Origin: Eledone cirrhosa
Lineage: Eukaryota
Length of the DNA: 64,000 nt
Assembly (NCBI GenBank): GCA_964016885.1
Contig: OZ024745.1
Span: forward strand, 33,232,001 to 33,296,000
Direction of reading: 5' to 3'
Under the pieces are notes generated by a model. It saw nothing but the letters and a program-made list of their open reading frames with translations. It was not told the origin of the DNA and made no database searches. A program made the translations under genes and the position numbers. How positions within the stretch are numbered: position 1 is the first letter of the stretch; each line of letters begins with the position of its first letter. Below, piece after piece: positions 13,601 to 27,121 of the stretch.

Positions 13601-16600
13601 TCTATTGTCAATTTTGTATATGAAGTTTAATTTAACTTAATTACTATCTGGTCTCTAATTACATTTTCAAAGTGGAGTTAAATTTTATGAAAATTTGATT
13701 TTAAAAATCTTAAATCATTGTTATATAGTATTTGAGTAATTAGTGGCTGAATTGGTAAAGAACCAGATAAAATACTTCAAGTTATTTAGTTAAAGAGTGG
13801 TAATGTGAGAGAATCTTTAGAGCGCCATTCAAAATACCTTGTGGTGCCTTGTGGTATTTGTTCTGGTGCTTTACATTTTGAGCTCAGATCTAGCTGGGGT
13901 CAAATTTGCTTTTCATAATTCCAGGATCAATAAATTAAATTCAATTTGATCAGCTATCCCCTCCCCACTAATTTCTGGTTTTGTTCATATACATTGTGAG
14001 TTCAAATTCTGCTAGGGTTCACTTCGCTTCTCATTCCTCCAAGGTTGATAAAATAAGTACCAGTGAAGTACTTGAGTTGGTTTATTTTAATATATATATA
14101 TATATATATATATGTTAATATTAAATTATTCACTCTGTAAAGTGGTTGGTATTAGAAAGGGCATCTAGCTGCAAAAACCATGCCAAATATGAAACATAAG
14201 AGGTTAGGACAGGGTTCCCTGATCAGTCAAGTATCGGACTCTAACAATTTGTCCAACCCATGCCAGCTTGTTAAGGAAACATAAAATAATTGTTTCTACT
14301 TTAGGCACAAGGCCAGCAATTACCCAGTGCATTACTGGTACTTTATTTTATCGACCCCGTAAGGATGAAAGGCAAAGTCAACCTCGGCGGGATTTGAACT
14401 CAAGGAAACATAAAATAATGATGATGTATTTTAACTTGAACAGGAAATCATATTAAAGTTCCAATTACTGGAATACTACCAGAAAAGTTTATCAGAAGGA
14501 GTAAAATTATCTAAGACACAAAACTAATGAAACACTTAAGAGATTATAATGTGATTTACTTTTACCTTGTATAATTGATGGCTTTAATCCTTGCTCAAAT
14601 GAAAAATTGTGTATCAGCTCAATAAACTTCTTTGACTCACTTAAAATATGTTGAATAGCTTTCCAAGAACATCGCAATTCTATAGAGTTTTAAGAAACAA
14701 TATTTTACTTGAGTGTTTATAACAAAACATTTGTATGGTATAATGATTAGCAAATTGTGATTTCAGCATTTAGTATTTATTTAAGATGTTAGAAATATTT
14801 AAATATTACAAATGATTATAATTTCAACATAGTTAATAATTTACTAAATCATTGTATTGCCATAAAATATTCTCATGTAAACATACAACAAAATTAAAAC
14901 AATGACAAAGTTAACATATTAAAAAATTTCTAAAATATAACAAACACTATATCAATTCTATAACTCTATGTTAACATTAAATATTCAGTTCTTTATGAGA
15001 GTCAGATGAAACGTTTATAGGCTGACCAAGATACTCCCATGGAAATACCAAATGAGGTTTATTTTTTAACATGATTCCTGGAAAGAAACAATGCAGTTAT
15101 AATAAGAATAGTTGAAATTAATGCATGCAAGATTTCACATCTCTAACATCATTCCTTCATAGTTTATGAACTTGTCAACCAACCCTCGTAAGTGCTAGTG
15201 TTGTTTCTGCTATTTTACTGTCTCAAGCTAGGATTATGTATTAAATCTTAACACCGGTAATGATTTAGCAGAAAATATCCCAAAACAGTTTTGTTAATAT
15301 ATAAAATAATAATGAAAATTATTGTGTACAGTGCTCAGGTGCACTACAACTTATCAAAGGTGCATGTATAGTACATAAAATAATGTACAAATGTCAGGAA
15401 AGTGAACAGAGTATGAGTCATGATATACACACAGACACATACACATGTGTGTGTGTGTGTGTATGGAGGGGAAATATCAGGTATAGTATGGCGAATTTCA
15501 GGAAGCATGGACATTTTGAAGGATGCAGTGTCCTGACAACTAACAACTGATCCAGGTAGTTTGTTTCATGCTTCAGATAGTTGTGAAAATTTGTAATATT
15601 GAACTAAAAACTTTGATATTTATTTTGATGCAGTCAATTATGCTAAAAATAATGTATATGTGTGGTGGTTAATTTATTCCATAATAATTAGAAAAATAGG
15701 TGCACACCAAAAATATGATGTGGTACGGGATATCAAGAGTTAATGTTTGCATTTTTCAAAAAAATTATTTTAATGAAATAAAATGATATGTTTTGATCAA
15801 ATTTGCTTTATTTACTGTCTAGACTTGTCTTTCACAAACTAAACTAAAATATACAAGTGCATCTTTGGTACACAAGTGGTAGAAGGTAAAAGATGTACCA
15901 GTATGTAAATAATTAAATGATGTATAAAAACCTTGTAGTATCATTGCATTTTTACAAAACTCTTAAAATGAGAAGTCAACTTCAACACTTACTGCTTTTA
16001 TAATGATCTGATGATATCAGTTGAATGTCTTGGTCTTCCACGGAGGAATTAAAGAAAGTCAGGGGATTCAGCTTTCCAGTCATTATCAAAACAATATTTA
16101 TTACGTGAACAACCAAATTGGGTGGATTAATAAATCCTCTTATGCTTTCTATACAGTTTCTGTCTATTTTGCTTTTCCAAAAGTATATCTGCAAATTGAA
16201 GGAAAAATAAGTTTAAATAGCACCACCACTACTGCTGCCACCATCACTGCCACATGGAATTCACATATGCTACACACATTTTAGTCAAATGACACTGCTA
16301 AAACATTTATTTGATATCCATAATGTATCTTGGACTACATTATCCAATATTCTGATCTTTTTTTAAAGACAAGAATTCATGTTTCATTTTGGCATGATTT
16401 CTAAGGTTAGATACCCTTCCTAATGCCAACCTCTTTACAGCATGTCTTGGGATCTTTGTATTGTAGTAGCAGCCATACCATCTTATAGGGCGGACTGGGT
16501 GTTTTTTTTTATATTAAGGTACCGGAACTACTCTATTTGTGAGTAGCACCTCATTACAACAATAGCGCACTCATTGAGCCCTCAGATTGGCTGTGAGTGG

Positions 16601-19600
16601 CATTAGCACTACCCCATTACATCACTAGTGCACTCATTGAACCCTTGGCTAAGCTGCAAATGGCACCACCTCTATTCCATTACAACACTAGGGCACTATA
16701 TGAATAATAAACAGAAAGTAATTTGACCTTTTCTTTAGATAGTTCAACACATTTCTGTTTGAAGAGGACTTGCTTCTTTGCTTTAGCCAAATCTTCTTCA
16801 ATTTGGTTTTCTTTCTTCTCCAGGTTTTCTGCCATTAATCTATGAAATTCTTCATCATAGGAATCATCATCATCTTGATGGTAAATTTGTTTGGGAAAAT
16901 AAAAAAGTCAAGTCAGTTATTTGTCAAAATTGATATCATGACCAAGTATTTTATTAAAGAATCAGTGACAGAAAGGAGGTTATGTAACATTCATGATTTC
17001 CTCAAAGTCATTAACAGTTTAAATGAGGCAAATTATCTTTAATCTTCCTCATACCAAACCACCTGAAACTGTCCCTGGTTCTATGATACACAACTTTGTT
17101 TTAAAATCTTCCATCATAATTTTATGCAAGTACTGTTGTTATGTTCCAAACATCAGCTTAATAATAAGAAACTTAGTTTCGTCCTTCCCTCTTTCATTCT
17201 TCTGTAGCCCTAGAGTCCTTGCTTTCCCCCCCCTTTCCTGTTTTTAAATATTTGTAATGTTTTTTAAAATTATTTTATAGTCATTCATTCATGTCACTCA
17301 TTTATTAAGTTATGTGTATTTCTTTGACAGCTAAAAATATTTGTTTGTCTACAAATGGTTAACAAGAGTAATTCTTGATTATTTAAAAAAATTATTTGAA
17401 AATGAAAGGCAGTATCTTTAATAGACATATGGTAACATAACAAAAGGGTTTACCTGTAAGTGACTCCAGGTAGCAACGTGGCACACACAAAGCTCCACAA
17501 TCATAAAGTTGTTTACATAGCAGTGATAATGTATTCTTAAATGTCACAGATAATACAGACACAGGCATAACTGTGCAGCTGAGAAGTTGGTTTTGTAACC
17601 ACATGGTTTTAGGTTCTATCCCTCTCTGTAGTACATTTGGTGAGTGTATTTACACTGGGCTGACCAATGTCTTGTGCCTGTCAGTGAATTTGGTCTGTAA
17701 AGAACTCCAGCTTTGTGTGTGTGTGGGGTGTATGTGTAAGGGGGTACCTGTGTGTGTGTAAAGGGGTACCTGTGTGTGTGGGGTGTGTGTGTATGGGGGT
17801 ACCTGTGTGTGGGGTGTATGTGTGTATGGGGGTACCTGTGTGTGTGTAAGGGGGGTATGTGTGTGGGGTGTGTGTGTAAGGAGGTACCTGTGTGTGGAGT
17901 GTATGTGTCTAAGGGGGTACCTGTGTGTGTAAAGGGGTACCCTTGTGTGTATGGGGTGTGTGTGTATGGGGGTATCCGTGTGTGGGGTGTGTGTGTAAGG
18001 GGGTACCCGTGTGTGGGGTGTGGTGTGTGTGTAAGGGGGTACCCGTGTGTGGGGTGTGTGTGTGTGTATGGAGGTACCTGTGTGGGGTGTGTTTGTGTGT
18101 GTATGGAGGTACCTGTGTGTGGGGTATGTGTGTGTAAAGGGGTACCCGTGTGTGGGGTGTATGTGTGTGTATGGGGGTACCCGTGTGTGGGGTGTGTGTG
18201 TAAGGGGGTACCGTGTGTGTGGTGTGTGTGTGTATGGGGGTACCTGTGTGTGTGGGATGTGTGTGTAAGGGGGTACCCGTGTGTGTGGGGGTGTGTGTGT
18301 AAGGGGGTACCTGTGTGTGTGTGCACACATATATCAGTTTACCACATGCAGTATAAACAATATGACCCCAGTTTTATAGCTTTAAATCTTTAGCATTCAC
18401 ATTACTCTATATATCATCATCATCATCCTCATTTTACGTCCGCTTTTCCCTGCTTGCAAGGGTGAGACGGGAACTGATTCTGGCTTGATTTCTACAGTTG
18501 GATGCCCTTCCTAACACCAACCTCATTTCTACAGCTGAGTAAACTGGAGCAATGTGAAATAAAGTGTCTTGCTCAAGGAAACAACACATCACCCAGTCTG
18601 AGAATTGAACTCACAACCTTTCGATTGCAAGGCCAATGCTCTAACCACTAAGCCATGTGCCTCCATATACTATTATATTTTCATGGTAAAGGCTTTACCT
18701 CACATAATATCGAATCTATGAGATTTTGAAAGTATTTATTTTGAGAACAATACCTTAACATCAGTATGAGTGACCAGTTACAGCCAGTTTCAACAGAAAG
18801 AGGTAGAGAATTCTGGCCGGTTTTGGCCAGTTTGAACATTAAAGGGTTAAAATAATTATAAATGTAGAACAGTAACTCTGAATAAAAAAAAACCTATAAC
18901 AGCATAGAAAGCAAATGTTAAATGATGATGTAAAAAAGACCAAATCATATTACCCTTTGTTAAGAGTTCCTTATTGTTTGTTTGGTCAAGAAAGTTGGTA
19001 AATTGATGGCTGTCAAGAATAGCTTTGATTTCTAAGTTCTGTCCCATTTGTGTCTTCAGGATTTCCACTTGTGTTGCTTTGTATATGATTTCTTCAAGAT
19101 ATTCCTCAGATTTCATCTTAGCAGTATTGTATTCTGCTGTTTTGGATTTCACATCTTTAGTCATACATTGCAGTCTTTCTCTGGTGTCTTTCAACATCAC
19201 GAGTGCTTTACTAGTTCATAATAGAAGAGGAAGTAGAGAGATTATATGATGTGGACAGCAGACAATGACTGGAACATCTTTGATCATAGGTCTGCTCAAT
19301 GAAGACTGACCAGAGACCAACAATAGCAATGGCAACAACAATAGCAACATTTATCTAAATTTGATTAAACTTACTTAATTTTCTCCATTTTCTCTTTTCG
19401 TTCATTACTTTTCAAGCCAATGAGATATTGAAAGCAGTGAAATAGCTGTTCATAAGTCTTTGTTGATATGAAACTTCTTTGGTTATTTGAGGGAGAAAAT
19501 GTTTGTTGACGTTTCAACCTAAACACAGACAAACAGTGGTTTTTATATAACCTCATTTCAAATAATCTATCTCAAACTTAACCAAATAGAAAGCAACCAC

Positions 19601-22600
19601 CACCACCACCACCACCACTGCTGCTGCCCTATGTTTATATTTAGTAAACATACATATGTCTCACTGTTGGTATTTTTCTATGATAAACATTAAATAACCA
19701 AATAGTTATAAAACAGAATTATGAAAAAAAGAGATACATTACCTAATATGGTCGAGAAGTAGACTTTGAGTATATGGTAAATTACAGACAGCTTGGTTAA
19801 ATACTTTCACTGGATCTGTGTTGCAATCTGAATATTCTACCTGAACAATTTCAATATTTGAGGCAAGGTTTCCAGTCCAAGGGGCTTTGTTGTATTCTTC
19901 AAACATAAATCTATGAATATTCATCAGGCATTTAACAATTCTGCTCCTGAAATGAAATTATTATGAGTATTGTGTATTTTCAATGGTTTCACATGAGTTT
20001 TTCATGACACTATTAAGTAGTACAAATGTTTGTGTATTATTTGTTTTCTGCTTTGATATGGAAGTGTCTTAATATTTCCTAACAGATGTAGTTATCTATC
20101 TGCTCATACCTAAGGACATATTCAGCATTTGTGCAGTTTGATGAACCAAAGCCAGAAATCAAAGACTTAGTTAATATTAGCTTAACTTTTCAAGACTATA
20201 TTTTTAATTTACCAATATTATATTACCTTAAATTATTATCATGGAATATTCCAGATTCATTTAAATAACAAGTCGTCATAGAAATGAGGGTGTTTTCTGA
20301 CCATTCGAGCAACCAATTTACCTGGCAACCTTTCAAGATTCCTGGATATTCTCTGGGAAAGAACAATGGGTTAAATGAATGTTAAGGTATAATTAAAATA
20401 TAGTGAGAGTGTAAAAACATAACAAATGTAGTTATATAGACATGTAGGATTAGGAGTAATCTATATCATAAGAAAAGCTGTTTCTTCATCTGTCTGTCTG
20501 TCACATATATATGTAGGAGTGAAAAGGGGAAGGGACCTCTTTTTTTTAAGTTGAGCGAAGGGAGATTCAGTTAATTTTGAGAATAATCAAATATTTGGAG
20601 TGATTAAGTAATGTAACTAACTTTCTCATTAAGTTGGTGTTTCGAACATAACTTAAGAAATGGTTCTTACAAAAAAACAATATTGGGAGGTTTGAAATTA
20701 AATATGGGGATTTTAAAACATAGTTTTTTTGTAAGAGAACTGTAGGCAATTTCAGGTAGGTTAGTATCAAAAGCGTTAATGTTAATGGTTATCTTTATTG
20801 GATGCAAATAATTTACCTATATAAATTAGACAGTAAAGGGTTTGAAGGAGTTAAATGAATGAGAATATGAAGGTTTTTTTTCACATTATCACAGAAATAA
20901 GCTGCCGGTTTAGTTGTTCTCTCCAAGTGGTCTTTCTTCAACTGCAGTTCCAGTGACTAAAATAAACAAAAGTCAACAATAATAGAAATACAAAGGCAGA
21001 AAAACAAAACAAAACAGATGAGTGAAGATGTTTGTAAAATAAATATATTTAACAATTAGAATGTTATATTTGTCACATAAAGCAGTTAGGGTTGCTGAAG
21101 AGTAATACAGAAACTACATAATGAGACAGCTGCAGCTGGATGGTGTCCATTGCCCCTATACCTGTGATTGGTACAGACTGGTTATTATTATGCTGGGAGG
21201 GTCAGGGTTTGGATTTGAAGGACAAGATTGATTTGTACTTTAAGTCTTGTGAGGTATATGTCTGGTGAGGGGGATTAAATGTAGATTTATGGATTGAATT
21301 TGCTTGAGTTTGTGGATAGCATTGGTTCAGCATAGATTTGTTTGCATTTAAGTTAAGGCAATTGACAATTATGATGAGGATGACTATCAATTGCCATAAC
21401 TTGGGTGCAAACAAACCAATGCTATCCACAAACTGAAGCTAATAAAATAGATTTACATTAGAGGTGAATTACATGATGGTATTGATATTTCTACTGAACA
21501 ATTTTTGTTGTTTCTTTGCCATAACTGGATGTGATATCAATTCTTTGATTACCTTATTTCAAATCAAAGACACTGTGTATAATTTTCAACATAATTATAC
21601 TTGTCCTTGTTTGCCTCACAAGTTCCAATCTTATTTCACATTAGAGTTGTTAGTGACTGCAAGGGAATCACCATCAATCCTGTATAATGTCTATTTTCCA
21701 TGCTTGCATAGGTTAGATGGGTTGTTACATTATGAGGCTAGATAGGTCAGGTGACCAGTCTTGCCTTTTCTGACACCAACCATTTTACAGCATCACCTTA
21801 TATGTACTGGATACTTTTTGTTGTGACTCCAGAACTATCACCTTATAGTATATACTGGGGGCATTGTTCGTGGCAAGATAAGATTAGTCCCTCCAAGACC
21901 CCAACCCCACATTCCCATTTTAGAACATGAAAAACAAGAAAATATATTTGCTAGAAGTTTCTATAAAAACCAACCTGGAACAGTGTAGAAAGTTCTTCTG
22001 TGGAGTAAAGTGTTGTGTAATCTTCAATAACGAGGAAATTGTTAATACAATCCAAATGCAGGGGATTTAATAAATTGTTCTCCTGTGGGATAGAAAAACG
22101 AAGCAAATTCATAGAATAGAGAGAATCCCCATCAAACTCATGCAAGCATGGAAAATAGACATTAAACAGTAATGATGATGATGATGATAGAATGGAGACA
22201 AAGTTTTATTTTCCAACTGACTGGTTTGAACCAATAAATGAGTACTCAATATAATTAATGCATAAAAAATGGTCAGGAGGACCCTTCAGTCATATCAAGG
22301 ACATGACAGCCTCCATAGTGTTGATGATCTCTTACTCATCATCATCATCAATTAACGTCTATCTTCCACACTAGCATGGGTTAGACGGGTCCCATTTAGA
22401 GGCAAGTTGGGTTGGATGACCGTGTCTCACTCATATAGGGTGTTTCTGGCTGAGGAGTCCACTTATTTACAACTCTGTATACTAGGTCATCTTGGCACAT
22501 ATTTTGATTAAATACACTCTACTGCCAATGAAGATATAATATATGCAGGAATAGGCACACTGAATCTCTGTTTCATAAGAGGTGACTAAAAGGGTTGATG

Positions 22601-24168
22601 TTAAGAAGAGCATTTGGCTGTAAAACATTGTCTAAAAAAATCCAGTCCAATCCATGCCAACATGGAAAAGTGGGTGTAAAAACGATAATGCTACTGCTGC
22701 TGACGATGATGAATCAGCATCACTAATAACAACAAGGTAAGTGTAGAATTTTTTTTTTCATAATTTGAAATAAACTTACTTTAAGGATCAATGCAACAGG
22801 ATTGTTCAAACTGCCAGCTTGTTTCACTGCCGTCTTCAGAACTTCAGACAGATCATTACCAGTAAACCATTCTATCTCTATAATTGTGGTGTTGGTCATT
22901 TCACATGTTAACATGTAGATGCTAACAATGTCACTGACAACACTACTGATTGTGAGAAGGTGACTCCTGTATAAATGACACAATATAAGACATATAGTAC
23001 AACTCATCATGGTAGTGATAAATACTCATTGTATATATATATATATGTGTGTGTGTGTATATATCATCATCATCAAACGTCTATCTTCCACGCTATGTAC
23101 ACACACACACACACATGCTTACGCACGTGCACAAGTATAGCTTTTTTTACAAAATGTTTTTTTTTTCCATTTCAGGTAGATGCACTCCATCATTCACTTT
23201 TCTAAAAAATAAATCATACACAAAACGCCAGCACCAACAGTTTTGCAAGAGATGTCAACATGAATGGACCTGTTATTTTTATCTAAAGACATTTTTTCCA
23301 ATTCCAACCCGCCCATCCCCTTAATCTATCTTATTTCTCATTCTTTCTTCGGATGAAGGACTAGCATCCGAAACGTTAAGACCCTCTTCCTGCTATATCA
23401 AGCATTAACCTAATATATCCGTTCCATATACTGTACAGATTGTGCTGTTATTTCAGTTTACCTTTTACATACATATATATATATACATTTTAAAAATTAG
23501 GATTGGTGCTCTGAAATAGCGATGTATACATGAATGTATGTATAGTATATTTGGCAATATACCGTATGTTTAATTCAAAACATTTTGAAGACCTTGCGCT
23601 ATCATTTTTAAAGTAGTGACTATGTCACTTCTTTTTTCAGCAAAGGAAGGGAGAGAAGCTGACAGATTCTGTTTCACACTGTTGGTGTTTCTCAAAGCAA
23701 CGTACTCCCCACCTCTGCGGAAAATTATAGAGGCTGGATTCTTATAGAATTCCAGTAATAAGCAGGAACTGATTATACAGAGCGATTGCCGGTCCTGCAA
23801 ATATTAAAAATTAGGAATGGTATATTGCCAAATATACTATACAGACATTCATGTATACATCGCTATTTCAGAGCACCAATCCTAATTTTTTATTTTTGCT
23901 GGATGGGCAATCGCTCTGTAGAATCAGTTCCTGCTTATTACTGGAATTCTATAAGAATCCAGCCTCTATAATTTTCCGCAGAGGTGGGGAGTACGTTGCT
24001 CTGAGGAACACCAACAGTGTGAAACAGAATCTGTCAGCTTCTCTCCTTTCCTTTGCTGAAAAAAGAAGTAAGTGACATAGTCACTACTTTAAAATGATAG
24101 CGGAAGGTCTTCAAAATGTTTTTAATTAAACATACCGTATATTGCCAAATATACTATACATACATTCA

Positions 24169-24205
<37 letters not shown>

Positions 24206-24579
24206 ATATATGTGTGTATATATATATGTATATATACCATGACCTCTGGCGTCACGCACTAATACAGAAGACTCGACCCCCCCATGAAGCATATAGACAA
24301 TATGCCGCCACACCCTCCCACTGCAAAGTGGTTGTGGAGGTACCAGCCAACACTGTAAAGTGGATGTATAGGTGTCATGGAAAAAAGCACCCAGTATTCA
24401 CTGTAAATGAGGTTGGTGTTAGGAAGGGCACCTAGCTGTAGAAATCAAGTCAGAATCAGTTCCCATATGAGTAAGGCATGGTCAGCCGACCGGACACTGC
24501 CCACAACAGGACAACTCGTCTAACCCATGCTAGCGTAGAAGAACGTATGATGTAAAACGTTGATGATGATGATATGTAT

Positions 24580-24610
<31 letters not shown>

Positions 24611-25656
24611 ACGTTTAACGTCCGTGTTCCACGCTTGCATGGGTTTGGACGGGGGTAGTCCCACTTGAGGCAAGAGTGATTGTCTTGCTCGCATAGGACT
24701 GTCTGGCAGGTTTTCTACAGTTGGATGCCCTTCCTAACACCAACCACATTTACAGTGTGGGTCTGGGAGGTTTTTACCGTGTTGCCTACATGGCCACATT
24801 ACAGCGTGGACTGTGTTTTTTTGTCGTGACACCTACACGATCTCATTTGTTTCGGCCTGGATGGCGCGGCACCAACATAACTTTACATAGAACGGGGTGG
24901 TATGGATGGGGTGGGGGTGGTGGTGGTGGGACGGGGTGTATTTTGTATATATATATGTATATATATGTATATATATATGTATATATATATACATATATAT
25001 ATACGTATATATATATATACATATATATATATACGTATATATATATATATATATCCAGTCCTAAATAAATGAGGTCGTGTAGGTGTCACAACAAAAAAAC
25101 CACACAGTCCACGCTGTAATGTGGCCGTGTAGGTAACACGGTAAAAACCTCCCAGTCCACACTATAAACGTGGTTGGTGTTAGGAAGGGCATCAAACCGT
25201 AGAAAACCCGCCAGACAGTCCTATACGAGTAAGACAACCAATCTTGCCTCAAGTGGGAAAATTCCCGTCTAAACCCATGCTAGCGTGGAAGATGGACGTT
25301 AAACGATGATGATGATGATGATGATACGTATATATATATATATATATATATTGTGAGTTCGATTCCTGGACCAGGCGATGCGTTATGTCCTTGAGCAAGA
25401 CACTTTATTTCACGTTGCTCCTTCTACCTGGAGTTGCGACCGATAGATAGTATTAGCAATTGGAAAGACCAACGGAAACATTGTTCCCTCGGTCCGATTT
25501 GACGAAAGTCGATCGTTCCTTTTTATATATATATATATGTATATATATACATAGTTACAATTTCAAGGAAATCGGTCTGATGTAACACCTCAAAAAACCC
25601 CTAAAAAGCTGAAAAAAACGCAGTTTTTCACCTATATATATGTATATATATATACG

Positions 25657-25690
<34 letters not shown>

Positions 25691-26433
25691 CGTATATATA
25701 TATATATATGTATATATATATACGTATATATATATATATGTATATAGAAAGGATGAATATAAAATGAAAGTGCTTTTTTTTAAAAAAGGAATTTATTAGG
25801 TATTGACATATGTTTCTGTAACAGACTGAATACCTATGTATCGCTGCTTGCGTAATCATATAATGTTAGCAAGTATTCGATAGCAAATGTATAATCAGTT
25901 GTCACTTCTTCAGAGATTTTGGATAAATTGGATAAAATCAGAAAAATTGAAGTATTTATATTAGTAATAGAGGAAGAAGAGAGGGGATAGTATATGACAG
26001 ATGGTAAATTAATTTACTGCTAAACAAGTATATAATGGGTTTCTAATGAGAATACCATGAGTAAATCTAAATAAGAATTTTGGGAGTGCCAATTTTAATC
26101 TCTACTTGACCAACTGGACAGTGGACAGGGCTGGTCATTTGGTGCAGTAGTATTAATTATAAAGTGTCAATTGGGGAAGGGGGAGATTTCGATTGCTACT
26201 AAATAACATCAATGCTAGTAGCCAGCTGGTATATGCATTAGGGAATTGAATCAAGAAATCAGAAATCTCATTTTATCTATAGCAGTTTGTATTAAAAGGT
26301 AAATAATAGAAGAGTTGATAGAATTAAGACTAATAAAGAATGTTCATATCTATTTTGACAATCAAACGGGGATAGAGACAGGCGTTCAATCCTGGTAGTA
26401 TTTATAATATGTATATATATATATATATATACG

Positions 26434-26511
<78 letters not shown>

Positions 26512-26514
26512 TAC

Positions 26515-26552
<38 letters not shown>

Positions 26553-26580
26553 GTATATATATATATATATATATATATAC

Positions 26581-26616
<36 letters not shown>

Positions 26617-26617
26617 G

Positions 26618-26648
<31 letters not shown>

Positions 26649-27052
26649 GTATATATATATATGTATATATATACGTATATAATTATATATATATATATAT
26701 ACGTATATATATATATATATACATATATACTTTAACTTTAATTATATCTCATAAAATAATACAACTGGTTTTTCCACATTATACATATTGTTAGCACCCC
26801 AAACACTTAAATTGGGTTTATATTTTAATATAACCTAATGTTTGTTGAGTGAGATGGTTACCAGTCAGAGTTTAGCTTTAAACTATCTCTGTTATTGTAT
26901 TAAATATATACGTATATATATATACGTATATATGTATATATATATATATACATATATACGTATATATATATATATATATATATACATATATACGTATATA
27001 TATATATATATATGTATATATATCTCCATATGTACGTATATATATATATACG

Positions 27053-27121
<69 letters not shown>

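Noticed and set aside
21091-21130. CTGAAGA...GAAAC hammerhead-like core
   Set aside because: Stem II is marginal and there is no convincing helix III, cleavage triplet or helix I.
23570-24075. Two ORFs on opposite strands with near-identical peptides
   Set aside because: A by-product of the inverted duplication; the conserved signal is RNA structure, not protein.
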